A DNA stretch of 64,000 bases from Trichoplax adhaerens (Eukaryota > Animalia > Placozoa), in NCBI RefSeq assembly GCF_000150275.1, contig NW_002060947.1, forward strand, positions 5,834,855 to 5,898,854, written 5' to 3'. Numbering within the stretch: position 1 is the first letter of the stretch; the number at the start of each line of letters is the position of its first letter. Shown here piece by piece: positions 50,633 through 63,034 of this stretch. Under the pieces are notes generated by a model that ran no database searches, was not told where the DNA came from, and was given only the letters and a program-made list of their open reading frames with translations. Made by a program: the position numbers and the translations under genes.

Positions 50633-52867
50633 ATGGGTAATAGTCAAAATCGCGAAGTTCAGGCGCTCACTGTTGCCGGAGATGAAAAGTTTGCAATTGG
50701 ATTTTATAAAGAAGCACTAATACTATTTCATCGAGCGGTTGAGAAAGTTACCAGTACCGAACAAAAATTAGATTGTGTGAATCAGAACTTAGCGGATCTG
50801 TATCGTCGCATTGCTTATGCTTATTTCAATTCTCATAAGTATAAAACGGCCAATGAATTTTGTAGTAAATCGTACCAATGTGCAAACCAGGTTAATGATA
50901 AACTGCGAATGGCCTATTGTATCGATATCTACGGCCATCTTGAGAAAGTATGGGAACAATATGATGAAGCTTTGCATGATTACCAACTTGGGCTAAAGTA
51001 CAAGATAGACTCTGTTACAGAAGATGATGGCCCAATTATTCACTCCTATAATAATATTGCCAGTATCTACTACATTGTCGGAAACTATGATGAAGCATTG
51101 GTTATGCAAAATAAATGCTTAAAACTACAAATGAAATTATCTGGCGAAGACAGCTTACAGGTAGCCACATTACATTACAACATTGCTGAGATATATGAAG
51201 CTACGAGGAAATATGAAGTGGCGTTGTTTATGCTTGATAAAGCTTTAAATATTCAAATAAAAGTATTGGGATCTGAAAATAAGCATGTCGCGGAAACATA
51301 CCGTAAAATAGCTTCTGTTCTTTCGCTACAACATAAAGACGATCAAGCACTTACTAGATATCAAAAGGCGCTAGATATCAATCTAAAAATATTGGGCGAG
51401 AACAACCTGACCGTTGCTGATACATATAAAAGTATGGCTACTACACTACAGTCTTTGAAGCTATATGATGACGCAATTCTTATTTTTTATAAGGCTTTGA
51501 AAATTCAGATCGAAATTTTAGGAACAGATCATGGCCACGCGGGCGATATTTATTATAATATCGGATGTGTATATCAAGCAAAACTACAGCATAGGAACGC
51601 TTTGAGATATCATCAGAAAGCATTAAATATCCTATTGAAAAATCAAGGAGAACATCAGTCTGATATAGCAAAATCTTACCAAAAATTAGCAAGTACTTAC
51701 TTTTCACTAGGAAGATTTAATGAATCTCTCACCTTTTATAATGACGCAGTAAGAATTGCTATTGGAAAGTTTGGAGAAGATCATCCGTATGTGGCAGCAA
51801 TATACAGCAAAATTGGTAGAGTTTACTATTCAATGAAAAGTTACAAGGAAGCTTTAGTAATGCATCAGAAAGCACTAAAAATTCGTACAGAATTTCATGG
51901 TGAATATAATAAACAAGTCATTAAATCACGCAATGAAATTGCTAGAATATATACAATGTTAGATGATAAGCACAGCCAAGCTTTAATGATGCTTAAGACA
52001 TCACTTCAGCTACAATTAAACTGTTACGGCAAGAATAGTAGCTATGTCGCTGGGACTTATATCGATATGGCTTACATTTATATGTCTGATAAAGCATTCG
52101 ACGATGCAGCAGATATGTGTCAGGAAGCTTTGAAAATCAGTTTAAAGTTGCCATCAGATGAAAGTAATCAATATGCGGCTGAGTGCTATTATAATTTGGG
52201 CTCTATTTATGCATTACAGAATCATTTTAACGAAGCAATTTCAATGTATCAGAAATGCATCAACGTACGAAAAGAGCTAGATGATGAGAGCAGTAATATT
52301 ATTGCCATCACTTACAGCGAAATGGGATCAGTCTATCGTTTACAACAATTATATGAAGATGCAATATTGAAGTATCAATTATCACTTAAAATCTACCTAA
52401 AATTATCTCCTTATAATTATGATGTCGGATATTTATATAGTTGTTTAGGGTACTGCTATCAGTGTTTAAATAATTATTTAGATGCATTATCAATGTATGA
52501 AAGTTCATGGAGGATTTATTCGGAAGTTGATGGAGCGGATAGTATAGCTGTTGCCGACATCTACGTTAGTATAGCGGATACGTATCGCCTACAAAGTAAT
52601 TACAATAATGCTGTATCAAATTACGAAAAGTCCTTTAAGATTCGTGTTGAGAGAAAATCTGTGAGTGATAAGCAAATAGAGATATATCATCAGCTGATGG
52701 AAGAAATAGAGGAACATAATGCAAATAAAGCGTTAGTCTGTGAAAAATTATCTCATTTGTTAGTTCAGATGGCAGAGAATTCGGTCAGGGATGGTAGCGG
52801 GAAAGGCATGCCAATCACCAGCATGGAAAAAAAAGAACGAGAAATATTCCAAGATTCGGACTCTTAA
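50633..52867 (+). CDS. 744-aa intronless TPR-array protein with MGNS N-terminus, tandem paralog of 45908-48166
   Basis: The ATG at 50633 (MGNSQNRE) aligns with MGNSLNRE of the paralog, so the TTG at 50621 is not the start. The two proteins are colinear repeat for repeat. Confidence 0.93.
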   Translation: MGNSQNREVQALTVAGDEKFAIGFYKEALILFHRAVEKVTSTEQKLDCVNQNLADLYRRIAYAYFNSHKYKTANEFCSKSYQCANQVNDKLRMAYCIDIYGHLEKVWEQYDEALHDYQLGLKYKIDSVTEDDGPIIHSYNNIASIYYIVGNYDEALVMQNKCLKLQMKLSGEDSLQVATLHYNIAEIYEATRKYEVALFMLDKALNIQIKVLGSENKHVAETYRKIASVLSLQHKDDQALTRYQKALDINLKILGENNLTVADTYKSMATTLQSLKLYDDAILIFYKALKIQIEILGTDHGHAGDIYYNIGCVYQAKLQHRNALRYHQKALNILLKNQGEHQSDIAKSYQKLASTYFSLGRFNESLTFYNDAVRIAIGKFGEDHPYVAAIYSKIGRVYYSMKSYKEALVMHQKALKIRTEFHGEYNKQVIKSRNEIARIYTMLDDKHSQALMMLKTSLQLQLNCYGKNSSYVAGTYIDMAYIYMSDKAFDDAADMCQEALKISLKLPSDESNQYAAECYYNLGSIYALQNHFNEAISMYQKCINVRKELDDESSNIIAITYSEMGSVYRLQQLYEDAILKYQLSLKIYLKLSPYNYDVGYLYSCLGYCYQCLNNYLDALSMYESSWRIYSEVDGADSIAVADIYVSIADTYRLQSNYNNAVSNYEKSFKIRVERKSVSDKQIEIYHQLMEEIEEHNANKALVCEKLSHLLVQMAENSVRDGSGKGMPITSMEKKEREIFQDSDS

Positions 52868-55022
52868 ATAATATACATCTACAGTATAGTTGCATCGATT
52901 TCGTGTTAATTTGTTATTACGAGGATTGATTAATGTAAATTATTATTCTGCATTTTCATATGTATACTATTAAGTAAAACGATTAATTACGACGAGTAGG
53001 ATTTCTATTCTAGTGGGATACTGTGTTATTAGTCGTCACACGTTGTTATTCCTTCGGTTATTGCCGTATAAAATCGCATATTTATTTAATTCAAGTTGTA
53101 CTATCTTCGTAATTATTTGGGTCTTAGATTACTTAAAATTTTTACCGATATATAAGCAGGTTACCACACAAAAATTTTTTCAATCATTGCGAAATAAAAT
53201 TCTAGTTACTTTATCTGTAATTATACGATAAGGTATTACCTAAAGTTGATTATCACCTATAAAACAAGGACTGTTTATTTTTGATTTACTTGTTCCTTCT
53301 GTAAGCACTTATTGATGATGGATGCATACAGACACTCCTTTATTAAATGTAGGTGTGTTTTACCGTACTATTAAGATGAGATGCTAAAAGTTGAATTTTA
53401 CTGCAATAAAAATTTCTTACTTTGAGCTAGATTTAGATTGCTGCAATTACTGACTCTGTGTGGAAAGATAGATTACAGGTTAGCTCAATTTTATTCGACC
53501 TAAGCTTACGTTGTATGGTAATGTTATAAATAAATCTGGAGCTAGTGATCGATGATTATAAAAAAATACAATAAAATATTATGATATATTGTATTTTCAT
53601 CAACAATGGCATTGAGATAATTTTTCATAAGGAACTACTGTACTAAAACAGTCAGTGTATCGAAATAATTCTATGAGATTATTATACTGAATTTATGTAT
53701 AGCATAGAAAGATAGACATTAAATTTATGATTTTTCTAATTGATCTGGAGGCTTTAAAAACCTTTGGTTTACGATATCGACAACTTGAGTAGACCGTCCA
53801 AAGGTTTCCATTTAACTATCGTCGTATCTGATGCCGTTCTAGAAGAAAATCTAAGCTGTCATGGTCTCGTTAGCTTAAAATAGGAAGATATATTAAATGC
53901 TTTACAAAACGGTATAGTGAAACAGTGATAAGCAGTACTGCGGTGTAGCAGTGATCTTATAATTATAATAGGAAAGGAATGATTTCAAAGTGGTCTTACA
54001 GGATGTACCTAAATCATATTCAATCTCGAGGATTCGATGATCGTATGGTTTTTACTATCCCGTAAAATATTCTTCAACTGTCATCCAACATTAATTTGAC
54101 GTTTAAATCCTGTGATAATCATATAGGCGCATGATTTTATTTTAGCGACGTTTCGAGATTGTCATAACATATTTCATACCAATAAAATTCCTTCAACCTG
54201 ATGCTATGTTATAGATGATCACCAAGAAACTGCTTCTTCATATCTAAAACTTTTTTCTAGTGTAGTTAATTTTTAATCTAGAACTAAAATAAATTTTTCA
54301 AAATTATGGTCTACGTGACCAGAATAAAGGCATTGAAATAGCTTTAATTAGGTCATTTAGTGTGATGGAAGTGTCGTTTTTATCTGATTTACTTCTTAAT
54401 AATAGCTACTAATTTATTGTACTAGAAATTGATGTGGTTCTGCAGATAAACTAGTCTTTACTAACATTAATGATAGTAAGAATGGAAAATAAATCTTGTT
54501 ATCATTTGAAGCTTTTGAAAACTAGAGTTCACAATTTATGTAAGTTAAAGAGCTACAACAAAAAATTTGTCAAAGGAGAAATAGAATGAAAATACGCAAC
54601 CTGATTATTATCCGAACGCTCGGTTAAATTCATAGTATCTTAATATTTATACTACATGACGATCGAACCTGCTTACCTTCTAAGTAAAGTAACCAGAAAT
54701 AAACAAAAATCCGCACCCTTATCAAGAACAATGCATGATACCACTATGAGGTCCATTCTATTAAAAGGGGTTCAGGATCATTTAAAGGCAAGCTTTAACT
54801 ATAAAGAAAAAAAAATTGACATAATAAGCATACAAACTAGGCATTCTGGCTTACTGTATTAATGTACTAGTATTGCAAGTTGTTTTGACTGAGATGAGTA
54901 ATAGCCCTAAACCTTAATCCTAAATCGGGTGTTCAAGATTGGATCAAATTCGTAACTTTAAGTATTACGGATAGTTTACGAATGTAATAAAAAATTTAAA
55001 TGACGTTTGATATGATAATAAT

Positions 55023-55330
55023 TGTCACGGTATGGTTGACAGGATGAAATAAAAAAGAAAATTAAACTTAAATTAATTTTATTAATACTTTGATAAATCA
55101 CTATCTCGTTCCACAGCAAGTTGAGGGAGGAATTCCTCTATTTATTTATTTATTTGTTTATTAAACTTTGGAAGTTACGTGACTTAACTTGAAAGAGGTT
55201 GAAATTTTAGTTTAGATATAGACTGAGATGATTTGAAAGTATGAACGCAATAGAAGAGTAGACTTCCCAGTCATCACTAGAATTTGAGTAATGAAAGAAT
55301 TTAGTAGCGCACGATTACCTTGAAACTCTG
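55023..55330. mobile_element. Possible degenerate LTR-element fragment
   Basis: Begins tgtcacggta like families A and B, and shares aactttggaa...acgtgactt with about 15821-15850. No second terminus or TSD was found, so the end is arbitrary. Confidence 0.3.
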
Positions 55331-57849
55331 ATTCTGCTGAATTCTGTAAGGTACTTCTCGACTCTTATCCTGTCCAAGCTACTAAATTATCGAACGCTTT
55401 TCTCTACGTATAGCAGAACTATTAGCAGCATTACATCTACGAAAATATTGCTCTAACGTAGTTTACATTACAGTAATCTAGCAATTAAGCATTTAAGTCT
55501 GGAACATTATACCCTATCAAGTACCTTGATATTGATAATAAACCAAAATTGATTTGCCTATAGTTAGCAATTTTTGTATGAGATGTACATTGAAAGCCTT
55601 GGAGACTAATATTGGTAATCTAGAACCCAAAGAATGCCAAGATTGACTCCATACTATTATAAAAATAATACTTACGCATTTTCTACTGCAGTTTACAATT
55701 AAGCTAAGTTGACATCATATAATATTTTACTACCTCAAATATATCTACTTTAAGAATTATAGATTTACTTCATGTGGAAAATAATTACTTTACAACTAAA
55801 TTTACTATAGACGAGAATGCAAAAATTAATTTCTTTACAGATACATCGGTATTTTTATTCGATATATTGATAATATTTAATCATTAGATTATGCGTTCTA
55901 GTAATGGACCTATATAACATAATTTAAGTATGCTAAAATCCCGTAAACTGCACCGGTACGAAACCGGTCATAAGTTAGCATATTCAATAGAATCATCTAT
56001 GCTTGTATCATAATAATTTAATTATTATTAGAAGAAGCATTGACATTAAGGTCCGTATCACCTTAATCATATTTCTATTGAAACTAGTTTAAATTATTAC
56101 TAGTGCTGCAATATGAAGATAAAAATCTAATGGTCGTGTATTAAAGATAATTCTTACAATTTTTATCCAATAATTGCTTTCCATCCTATTCAGGAGCAAT
56201 ATTTATTTTTTTGCTCAAAATTTGTTAAATTTGTTTAATTTAACTTTTGAGTACTGTACAACTATTTAAATAGATTCAGTATTATATTATATGCGAAATT
56301 TTTTGTCCTCCACTATTTAATCCGAATAAAAAATTTATTTTAATTTAAGCAAGTTTGTTTCTGAAATCTGGTCAGCCTTCATGCTTAGCAATAATTCTAC
56401 TTATAATATTTTAAGCTTTGGTCTGTCTTAAATTATTGGAATTTCTAATATAATATTAATAGATCTATGTCCATGGGTAAAAGCAGCTAATTTTTTGAGT
56501 TTCGTAAGCTATCACAATTATTGTCATTATTTAAGTAGTATGTAACATAAAACAGTATACAATAACGTTTAAATTATCAGTAATCTAGTATGCCAGAAAT
56601 CTGTAAGTGTAAGGCTAATGATATATTGTGCTAACAGCTTGCTAGCATATATGAGTTTTAAATCTCTACAAGCGTAAATCGATTTAGATAATTGAAAATG
56701 TCGTTAATCAATATGGGTATCATCTTATGGTCGTAAATAGGATATGTTTACCATCGAAGTTACTATAATAGGACTCGCATTTAATGTTCGAAGTATTTCT
56801 TATCAATTGATGATAATTTATTATAGCCTATAACTATTAATGTGATAAGATTCTCCTTATGGACTGATTAGTTAAATCGCAGCATTTCAGAAACCGTCGG
56901 AACTAGCCAAAATACGCCAAATGAAATATGATATATTTGATTACATGACGAAATTTTAGTTTCGACAGTATCACGAGCGATCTACCACTTGTAAGAAAGA
57001 ATCTAGTAAGACTCTTTACTACAGTATCGAGCTCTAAAATTTATCAGCCCTCATTAAAATTAAAGTTTAGTTTATGATGTCAAGCATGTCCATCGTCATT
57101 GTCTTTCCTTGCGGAGTTATTCTGCTCTAGGTAGTAAGTATATTATTGTAGTGTTTACTTCTAAATACGGTATAGTCTATTTTTAGTAAAAGTTAATTTC
57201 CACTAGATTGTAGCATAACTCTAAATATGTATAATTTATATTTAACAAAATACTCTGTGGAAATCGCTTTGAATCTAGCTGAATTATATCGTAGCCCTGT
57301 CTTAACATAGAAGTAACATATTCTTATTAGTCATTTATGATTTCCTCCTGCTGTGCTTCATACATTATAAAAGCTATCTTCTTTCACCTATCTCGTTAGT
57401 TAGTTCTGCTAGTTACACGGTAAGCTTGCACGCTTTGGACCAACTGTATCGATATTTCCATGAATTAATAATCGTTAATAGTATCATGAACTAATTACCA
57501 TAGTTATTGCAATAAACTTGATGCATCACTTTCAAAGTTATAAATGATCAAATCAGCAATTTACTACCAGGTTACCAGCTATGTTTCTCTTAAGAAAATA
57601 TTTTTTAACTTATCCATATCGGGAACCATAATGTATTATATTTTGTATAATAACACAAGTATAAGTTTTACTGAATTTATTCAGAGTTCAACTGTTGTAA
57701 GATTATCCAGCCGATATTGCAGGCGTAAGGCAATCTTCAGTCGAAAATACAAAGAACTCAATCATCTCCAGTAAGGGTAAAGATGAGTGCCCGAAATGTA
57801 GTGAATAGGTTTTAATTAGAGTATCACTAGAATATGTAAAGATTCATAC

Positions 57850-58205
57850 TGTAGCTGTTTACTATCATAGTGACATGGAAATCAAAGGGAAGGATAAAAA
57901 GATACTATTAATTTAAATAAAATCTTATTCTTAATGCCATCTTGGCTAATGGTGGTAAAGATTAATTTAAATTCCATTACAAGTGGCGTCTAGTGATTTG
58001 CTAAAGTGTTAAAAAAATACGTATTTCAAGGTTCATATCATAGCCTCTCATTAGGCTGGATACGGAAGAATAAAATTTATGAACATTAAGCACTTTATTC
58101 CTCGACATTACTAGTATCATAATGACATGAAATAAAAAGGGAGGATGGAAAGTTACTCTTAATTTAAGCGAAATCTTATTCTTAATTCTATCTTCGTTAA
58201 CTATT
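57850..58205 (+). repeat. Short direct duplication (about 90 bp core, about 250 bp apart)
   Basis: atcata.tgacatg.aa...aaggga.ggat..aa.g.tact.ttaatttaa...aaatcttattcttaat...atctt occurs near 57864 and 58116. Confidence 0.65.
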
Positions 58206-59042
58206 CTAAAAACTAGAGTAACTTGATATAATAATAACATGTCAAATTAAGGGAAAAATCAAGCCCACTTTTCAATTGATTATAATTAGTTATTATGCCC
58301 AAAAAAATTATTTTCGAAATTGAAATATGAATGAAAAATGGGTTTGACTACTAAACTCATAGATTTGATAAAGCTAAATTATATGTCGAAAATATTTGAA
58401 ACTAAAAATAAAGCGGCAATTAATGAAGCACTTGTTAATATTTTTTCGAAAGCGGGCCTTTTCAATGTATAAGAAATAATTAAAAATAGGCAATAAACTA
58501 TTAATAAAGCAATAACAGTAATGATTGTTTTTCTAATTCTATTTTCACTATGAATCATCAATACATTAAGCAGATAATTGTCACCTCCTCAGGAATAGAA
58601 ACCTCCTGTATTATTCGTTATCAATGAATTGCTGAAAAGTGGTTAGATGATTATATTGTCTTAAATGAGATAAAATTTGAATTTTAGTCGCACACTTTAC
58701 TATTGTTTATGCTACTTGATTAGTATACGAACGAAAAATTCAGCAACAACTATTTAGACATTAATAGCTTTGAATAGATCAAACAGAAAGTAAAATTTTA
58801 TCCATTAAACTAACGATTTACAAAAACAGCTTAAAATTGATCTGAGAGCCAGAACTGAAACTAAATTCATTGATTATCTAAAGCGTAAGCAACTTAGTAT
58901 TCAGAATTGTCATTCTTCTATTCAATATGAAAGTATACACAATAATATAATAGCATGTTATGACTATGTACTGTAGGTAAAAGATGGTAAAGAAGTTATA
59001 AACCAGAAAGACAGATATGACCACCATCAAGAACGTAAAAGC

Positions 59043-59387
59043 ATGAACTTTAAAATAGCTGATGGCTCAGACATTGAACAAGCAAAATCCGATACTAATA
59101 ACCAAACTGGTAATGAAATCAATCCTTACTCAAGCGTCCGACGAATTACATGGAAGCAATGTCAGCTTTGCAAAATTAACGATCGTATAGAATCGATCAT
59201 ACTTCGAGGAAGTAACATACTTCGCGAATCAACAGCAGATCCAGTAGCTTTAAAGACTTCTAATAATGACTCAGATGAACCTACACATATCAGTAGCCGA
59301 TCAAAATCTTGGCAAAAATTCTCTTTAAGTGCTATTGCTATCATGGTAGTGTTAGGCCAAATGGCTATTTTAATAGCTATATTATAG
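59043..59387 (+). CDS. Small tail-anchored membrane protein, possibly a degenerate R-SNARE
   Basis: Hydrophilic N-terminus, IESIILRGSNI resembling the R-SNARE zero-layer region, then KSWQK and a C-terminal hydrophobic helix. The frame is open upstream to a splice acceptor at 58976, so it may be a last exon. Confidence 0.5.
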   Translation: MNFKIADGSDIEQAKSDTNNQTGNEINPYSSVRRITWKQCQLCKINDRIESIILRGSNILRESTADPVALKTSNNDSDEPTHISSRSKSWQKFSLSAIAIMVVLGQMAILIAIL

Positions 59388-61200
59388 ATACAACTATTAA
59401 TGATTCATATATAAAATTATCTATTGCAGCGCTTTAATGATTGAAAATTTATATTCGTGGATAGCTGCTGATGCAACTAACGATCGGATATATAGTATGT
59501 GGCTACGGATGTTAGCAGCAAGATAAAAAGCGTGAAGAAAGTATCTTTAGTGCTTCCACTACTCAGTAGCATTGATGGTATTACCACTTTATTATGTAAA
59601 TTATAAGAATGGGAACTTTCCAATCGATTAGTGTTTCCAAGACTCATATTCATTGGCAGTTAAAGTATAATAATGTCTCAAATGTATTCATTCGTACAGA
59701 TAACTGGACAAAAATTCAGAAATAACAGTCACAAGTGCTATCAGTATCACATGGATATTGACCCAATAGCCTTTCTACTCGTACTATCTGTATTATCAAC
59801 ATAGGCAACAAAAACTATCAGTTATTGCACCTTAGCGGTCAAAAATGGATGTAAATGAGAAAACTATGTAAACTGGCGATGGTATGGCTATGAGATAGAC
59901 TATCTTCTATGAGCTTAGGAATTTGTAAAATTAAGGAAGGAGAGTACGAGTATACAATGTTACCAGGACTTCTAGAAGCTCAACAGGATTAAATTACGGA
60001 ATTTATCCTAAGCATCAATTTAATATACGTATATTTTGGTTCCTTGACTGGGTTCTAATGCTATAAAAGGTTAAAGCTTGTAAGGTTAACTTTGTCTTTA
60101 TTCTACAAAAGGTTATTAACCTGATATGGGCGCAGCTACTTTTTGAGATATTGTCATTACTTAATAGCCTGAAGGAAGAAACATGCGATAATATTTAAGG
60201 AAGCGAAAAAATAGTGGTAATGCCAAGATACAATATAATAGGAACGTAGTTTATGGTTAATGAATGAATGTCAGCCAATCTTTGAATGAAGGTAAAATAC
60301 TAAGTATATTCAGCGTTTTGGAAACTTAAATTTTCTCTTTCGAAATAGTTTTCAAATCGCTGTTTAAAAATGATATTATTATGAAAGCTTTTAAGTATAT
60401 AGAAGTAGCAGGTAAAGAAATTTGAACTGCTTATGGCAATTATTACAGTACCGGTAATAGAAGTAAATTATTGCAAATTTTAATCTCCAAAATTTAAAAT
60501 GATACGCTTATAGAGAGTTAAAAATACTCATCAAACCAACAACATACTCTACTTGAAAAGTAATGTCTGGATTATATAAATTAGCCGTTGAAAATTTATT
60601 TTCTTTTTTTGGGACTTTTGTTGGTTAAAGGATTTTTAAACCATTTTGAATTTCTATTAGGTTCTCTCCTATCTAATAAGCTCTCGATAGAAGAGGATTG
60701 TTTTAAATCTCAATAAAAATCACCGCTTCCACTATCTTTTTAAAATTTCTTGAATGTTCACGTACATAATCATGATGGTTTGCCCTTCTTGTTCTTAAAT
60801 AGCATAGCACTAAACCATCGCATATTCAAAATAAACTGCACGCATTGATGACGTGCAACAATCTAATTCCATCAATTGTAGTAAATATGAATAAATGATT
60901 TTCCAATCCGTCTATAAATTAACATAATAAAAACTTAAGTGAAATTAGACGTACAATAGTGTGATTTCTCCGGGAATGAACATTGCTACTAATGGTTCAT
61001 CAATAGAACAATATTATTTACTTTGAATATAAAAAAGCCTAAATAGCTATAGACTAATTAGCTAAATCTTCACTTCCAGACGGTTAAGGATCAAATTTTT
61101 TTATAGACAGAGGTCAAAAAATTTCACTTAACCGCAATCATTAGAGTTCTTTGTTAGAGTTTTTTAACGTCGTTTGAATTCGCCATGGTATAGCCCTAAG

Positions 61201-61716
61201 ATGAATATTTTAAGAAAATCTAAACCTGGCATTAGCTATTCCCAGATTGCTAATTCACAAGAAAATCCCTCAGATTCTGATAGAGCACAAAGGAAAAAGA
61301 AGAAGCTGCATTTCCATCGACCAAAATTGAGATCGAATTCGTCCAACGAACAACTTGCACCTAATGATACGTATCAAGCAAGACCAAGATCGAATTCGTT
61401 CGATCCAGAAAGGGCTAGATCAGCTTCATTTGCAGAAGTTCAAGCTAGACTACAGTCGCTTAAGACGAAACATGTTCCTAAAACTATGGATCAAATAGCA
61501 GAGAGAGGAGAAAATATACAAAAAGTCCAAATGCAGGCGGAAAAATTAAGTGAGGGTGCATCTATTTTTCAGAAAAATACTAAACAAATAAGTAATAAGG
61601 CGTGGTGGAATAAAGTTTGCAGTTGTTGTTTATGTGGTAAAAAAACAACTTTTATCGTTATCGCTATTTTTATTTTACTAGCCATTATTCTCACCTTAGC
61701 ACTAACCTCACGTTAA
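61201..61716 (+). CDS. Synaptobrevin/VAMP-family R-SNARE
   Basis: MDQIAERGENIQKVQMQAEKLSEGASIFQKNTKQISNKAWWNK carries the zero-layer R and the juxtamembrane WW, followed by a Cys cluster and a C-terminal TM helix. The first ATG is at 61201 and the CDS is intronless. Confidence 0.88.
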   Translation: MNILRKSKPGISYSQIANSQENPSDSDRAQRKKKKLHFHRPKLRSNSSNEQLAPNDTYQARPRSNSFDPERARSASFAEVQARLQSLKTKHVPKTMDQIAERGENIQKVQMQAEKLSEGASIFQKNTKQISNKAWWNKVCSCCLCGKKTTFIVIAIFILLAIILTLALTSR

Positions 61717-62928
61717 TTCCGCTAGTATCAGATTGATTGGAGTGATTTCTATCGTGCTACGTGATATCTTAAACTGTTCAATAGCTATTCGTAGCTGCTG
61801 AAGGCAAGCTGGTCAAGGCAATTTAATCGTTTCTTCCATGATTCTTACAAAATTAATGACAAGGTTAACGGGAATTTATTCAATCCGAGATTAAGCTTTA
61901 CTCTTGGTATGCTCACAGCATATCACAGTTATATTTTCACGTTGCTATTATGATTGACAACATAACATTCCTGTTTATGAGTAATATACGAAGTAATTTT
62001 TATTTATGATTATTTGTTTTGGCTAAACTGGTACACTCAATTTTGATGTTGCTTAAGTTTATTTATTACCGATTAAATTTTATTTATTGACTAAGCTATT
62101 CCTTACTGTAACCATATTATCCTATATAATTTTTCGTGGATTATAATATTTCATTATTTAATTACAGCTGTATGTAGCGAGCATAAATTCAAATGTAATT
62201 CAAAAAAGACTCTTTAGCAAAAGTTACTGAAGTTTATGACGTCTATTGCATACCATTAATGAGCATCAGTTACGGTACTAATTAATGGCAATTACAAATT
62301 CACAAAACGATTTTAGCCTGGTAAAAAATGAAGTGTGATGCAATTAACATCGGTTAAGGTAATATAATATTTTTTTTTTTTTCAAATAACTCGTTAACAT
62401 GACTATCTAGACTGATTTTGATTGTTTAGTTTTCATGAGACTATGTTCAAATGCTGTTTAAGCAATTTACTATGACTAAAATAAATTTATTTGTCTCAAA
62501 ATATAGTCGATCAAGTCAATTCTTAGGTAGCTTTGAATACTCTTGGTTGGGATACTGACAAATACAGTTAAAACTATTCGCGGTTTTGTAAATCCTTACA
62601 CTATCATGTCGTAAAACATCTCGGTTTAGATTTAGTAATTCAGATAAATTTCTTGTTACTAAAAGCTTTTGTATTTAATAATATTCAATCTAATAAAATT
62701 GCTCCGTAACATTATCAGTAGAAATATCATTTCAGTAACAACTTTTTCGATTTAGCTATGTAAAATATTGTTTGGGATTGACATGCATATTTATTTGCAA
62801 AAAAGCCAGATTTATATCTTCATTATTGTCCTTTATTATCAGTTTTGCAATTTAAATTGATTCCTTTACTGTATTTAATTGGGCATAGTTGGAAGAAATT
62901 TATGATATTATTACTTGATAACATCATC

Positions 62929-63034
62929 AAGATGCTGACTTAAACCTTGATTGGAGGTTAGAAGACAAGAAACTTGCCATTTATAAAGAGACGAATTATT
63001 TAGTCTATAAGGTTTATGAGTAAGTCAGCATCTT
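62929..63034. repeat. Inverted repeat / hairpin (MITE-like)
   Basis: aagatgctgactta (62929-62942) is the perfect reverse complement of taagtcagcatctt (63021-63034). The inner taaacctt/aaggttta pair extends the stem. Confidence 0.6.

Noticed and set aside
24043-51707. Short ORFs overlapping the TPR genes (24043-24225, 33603-33833, 46509-46730, 50789-50986, 50811-50996, 51480-51707)
   Set aside because: They are antisense or alternate-frame shadows of long TPR CDSs.
58379-58561. 60-aa hydrophobic - strand ORF
   Set aside because: Hydrophobic I/L/F-rich ORFs arise by chance in AT-rich DNA. It has a non-ATG start and no other support.
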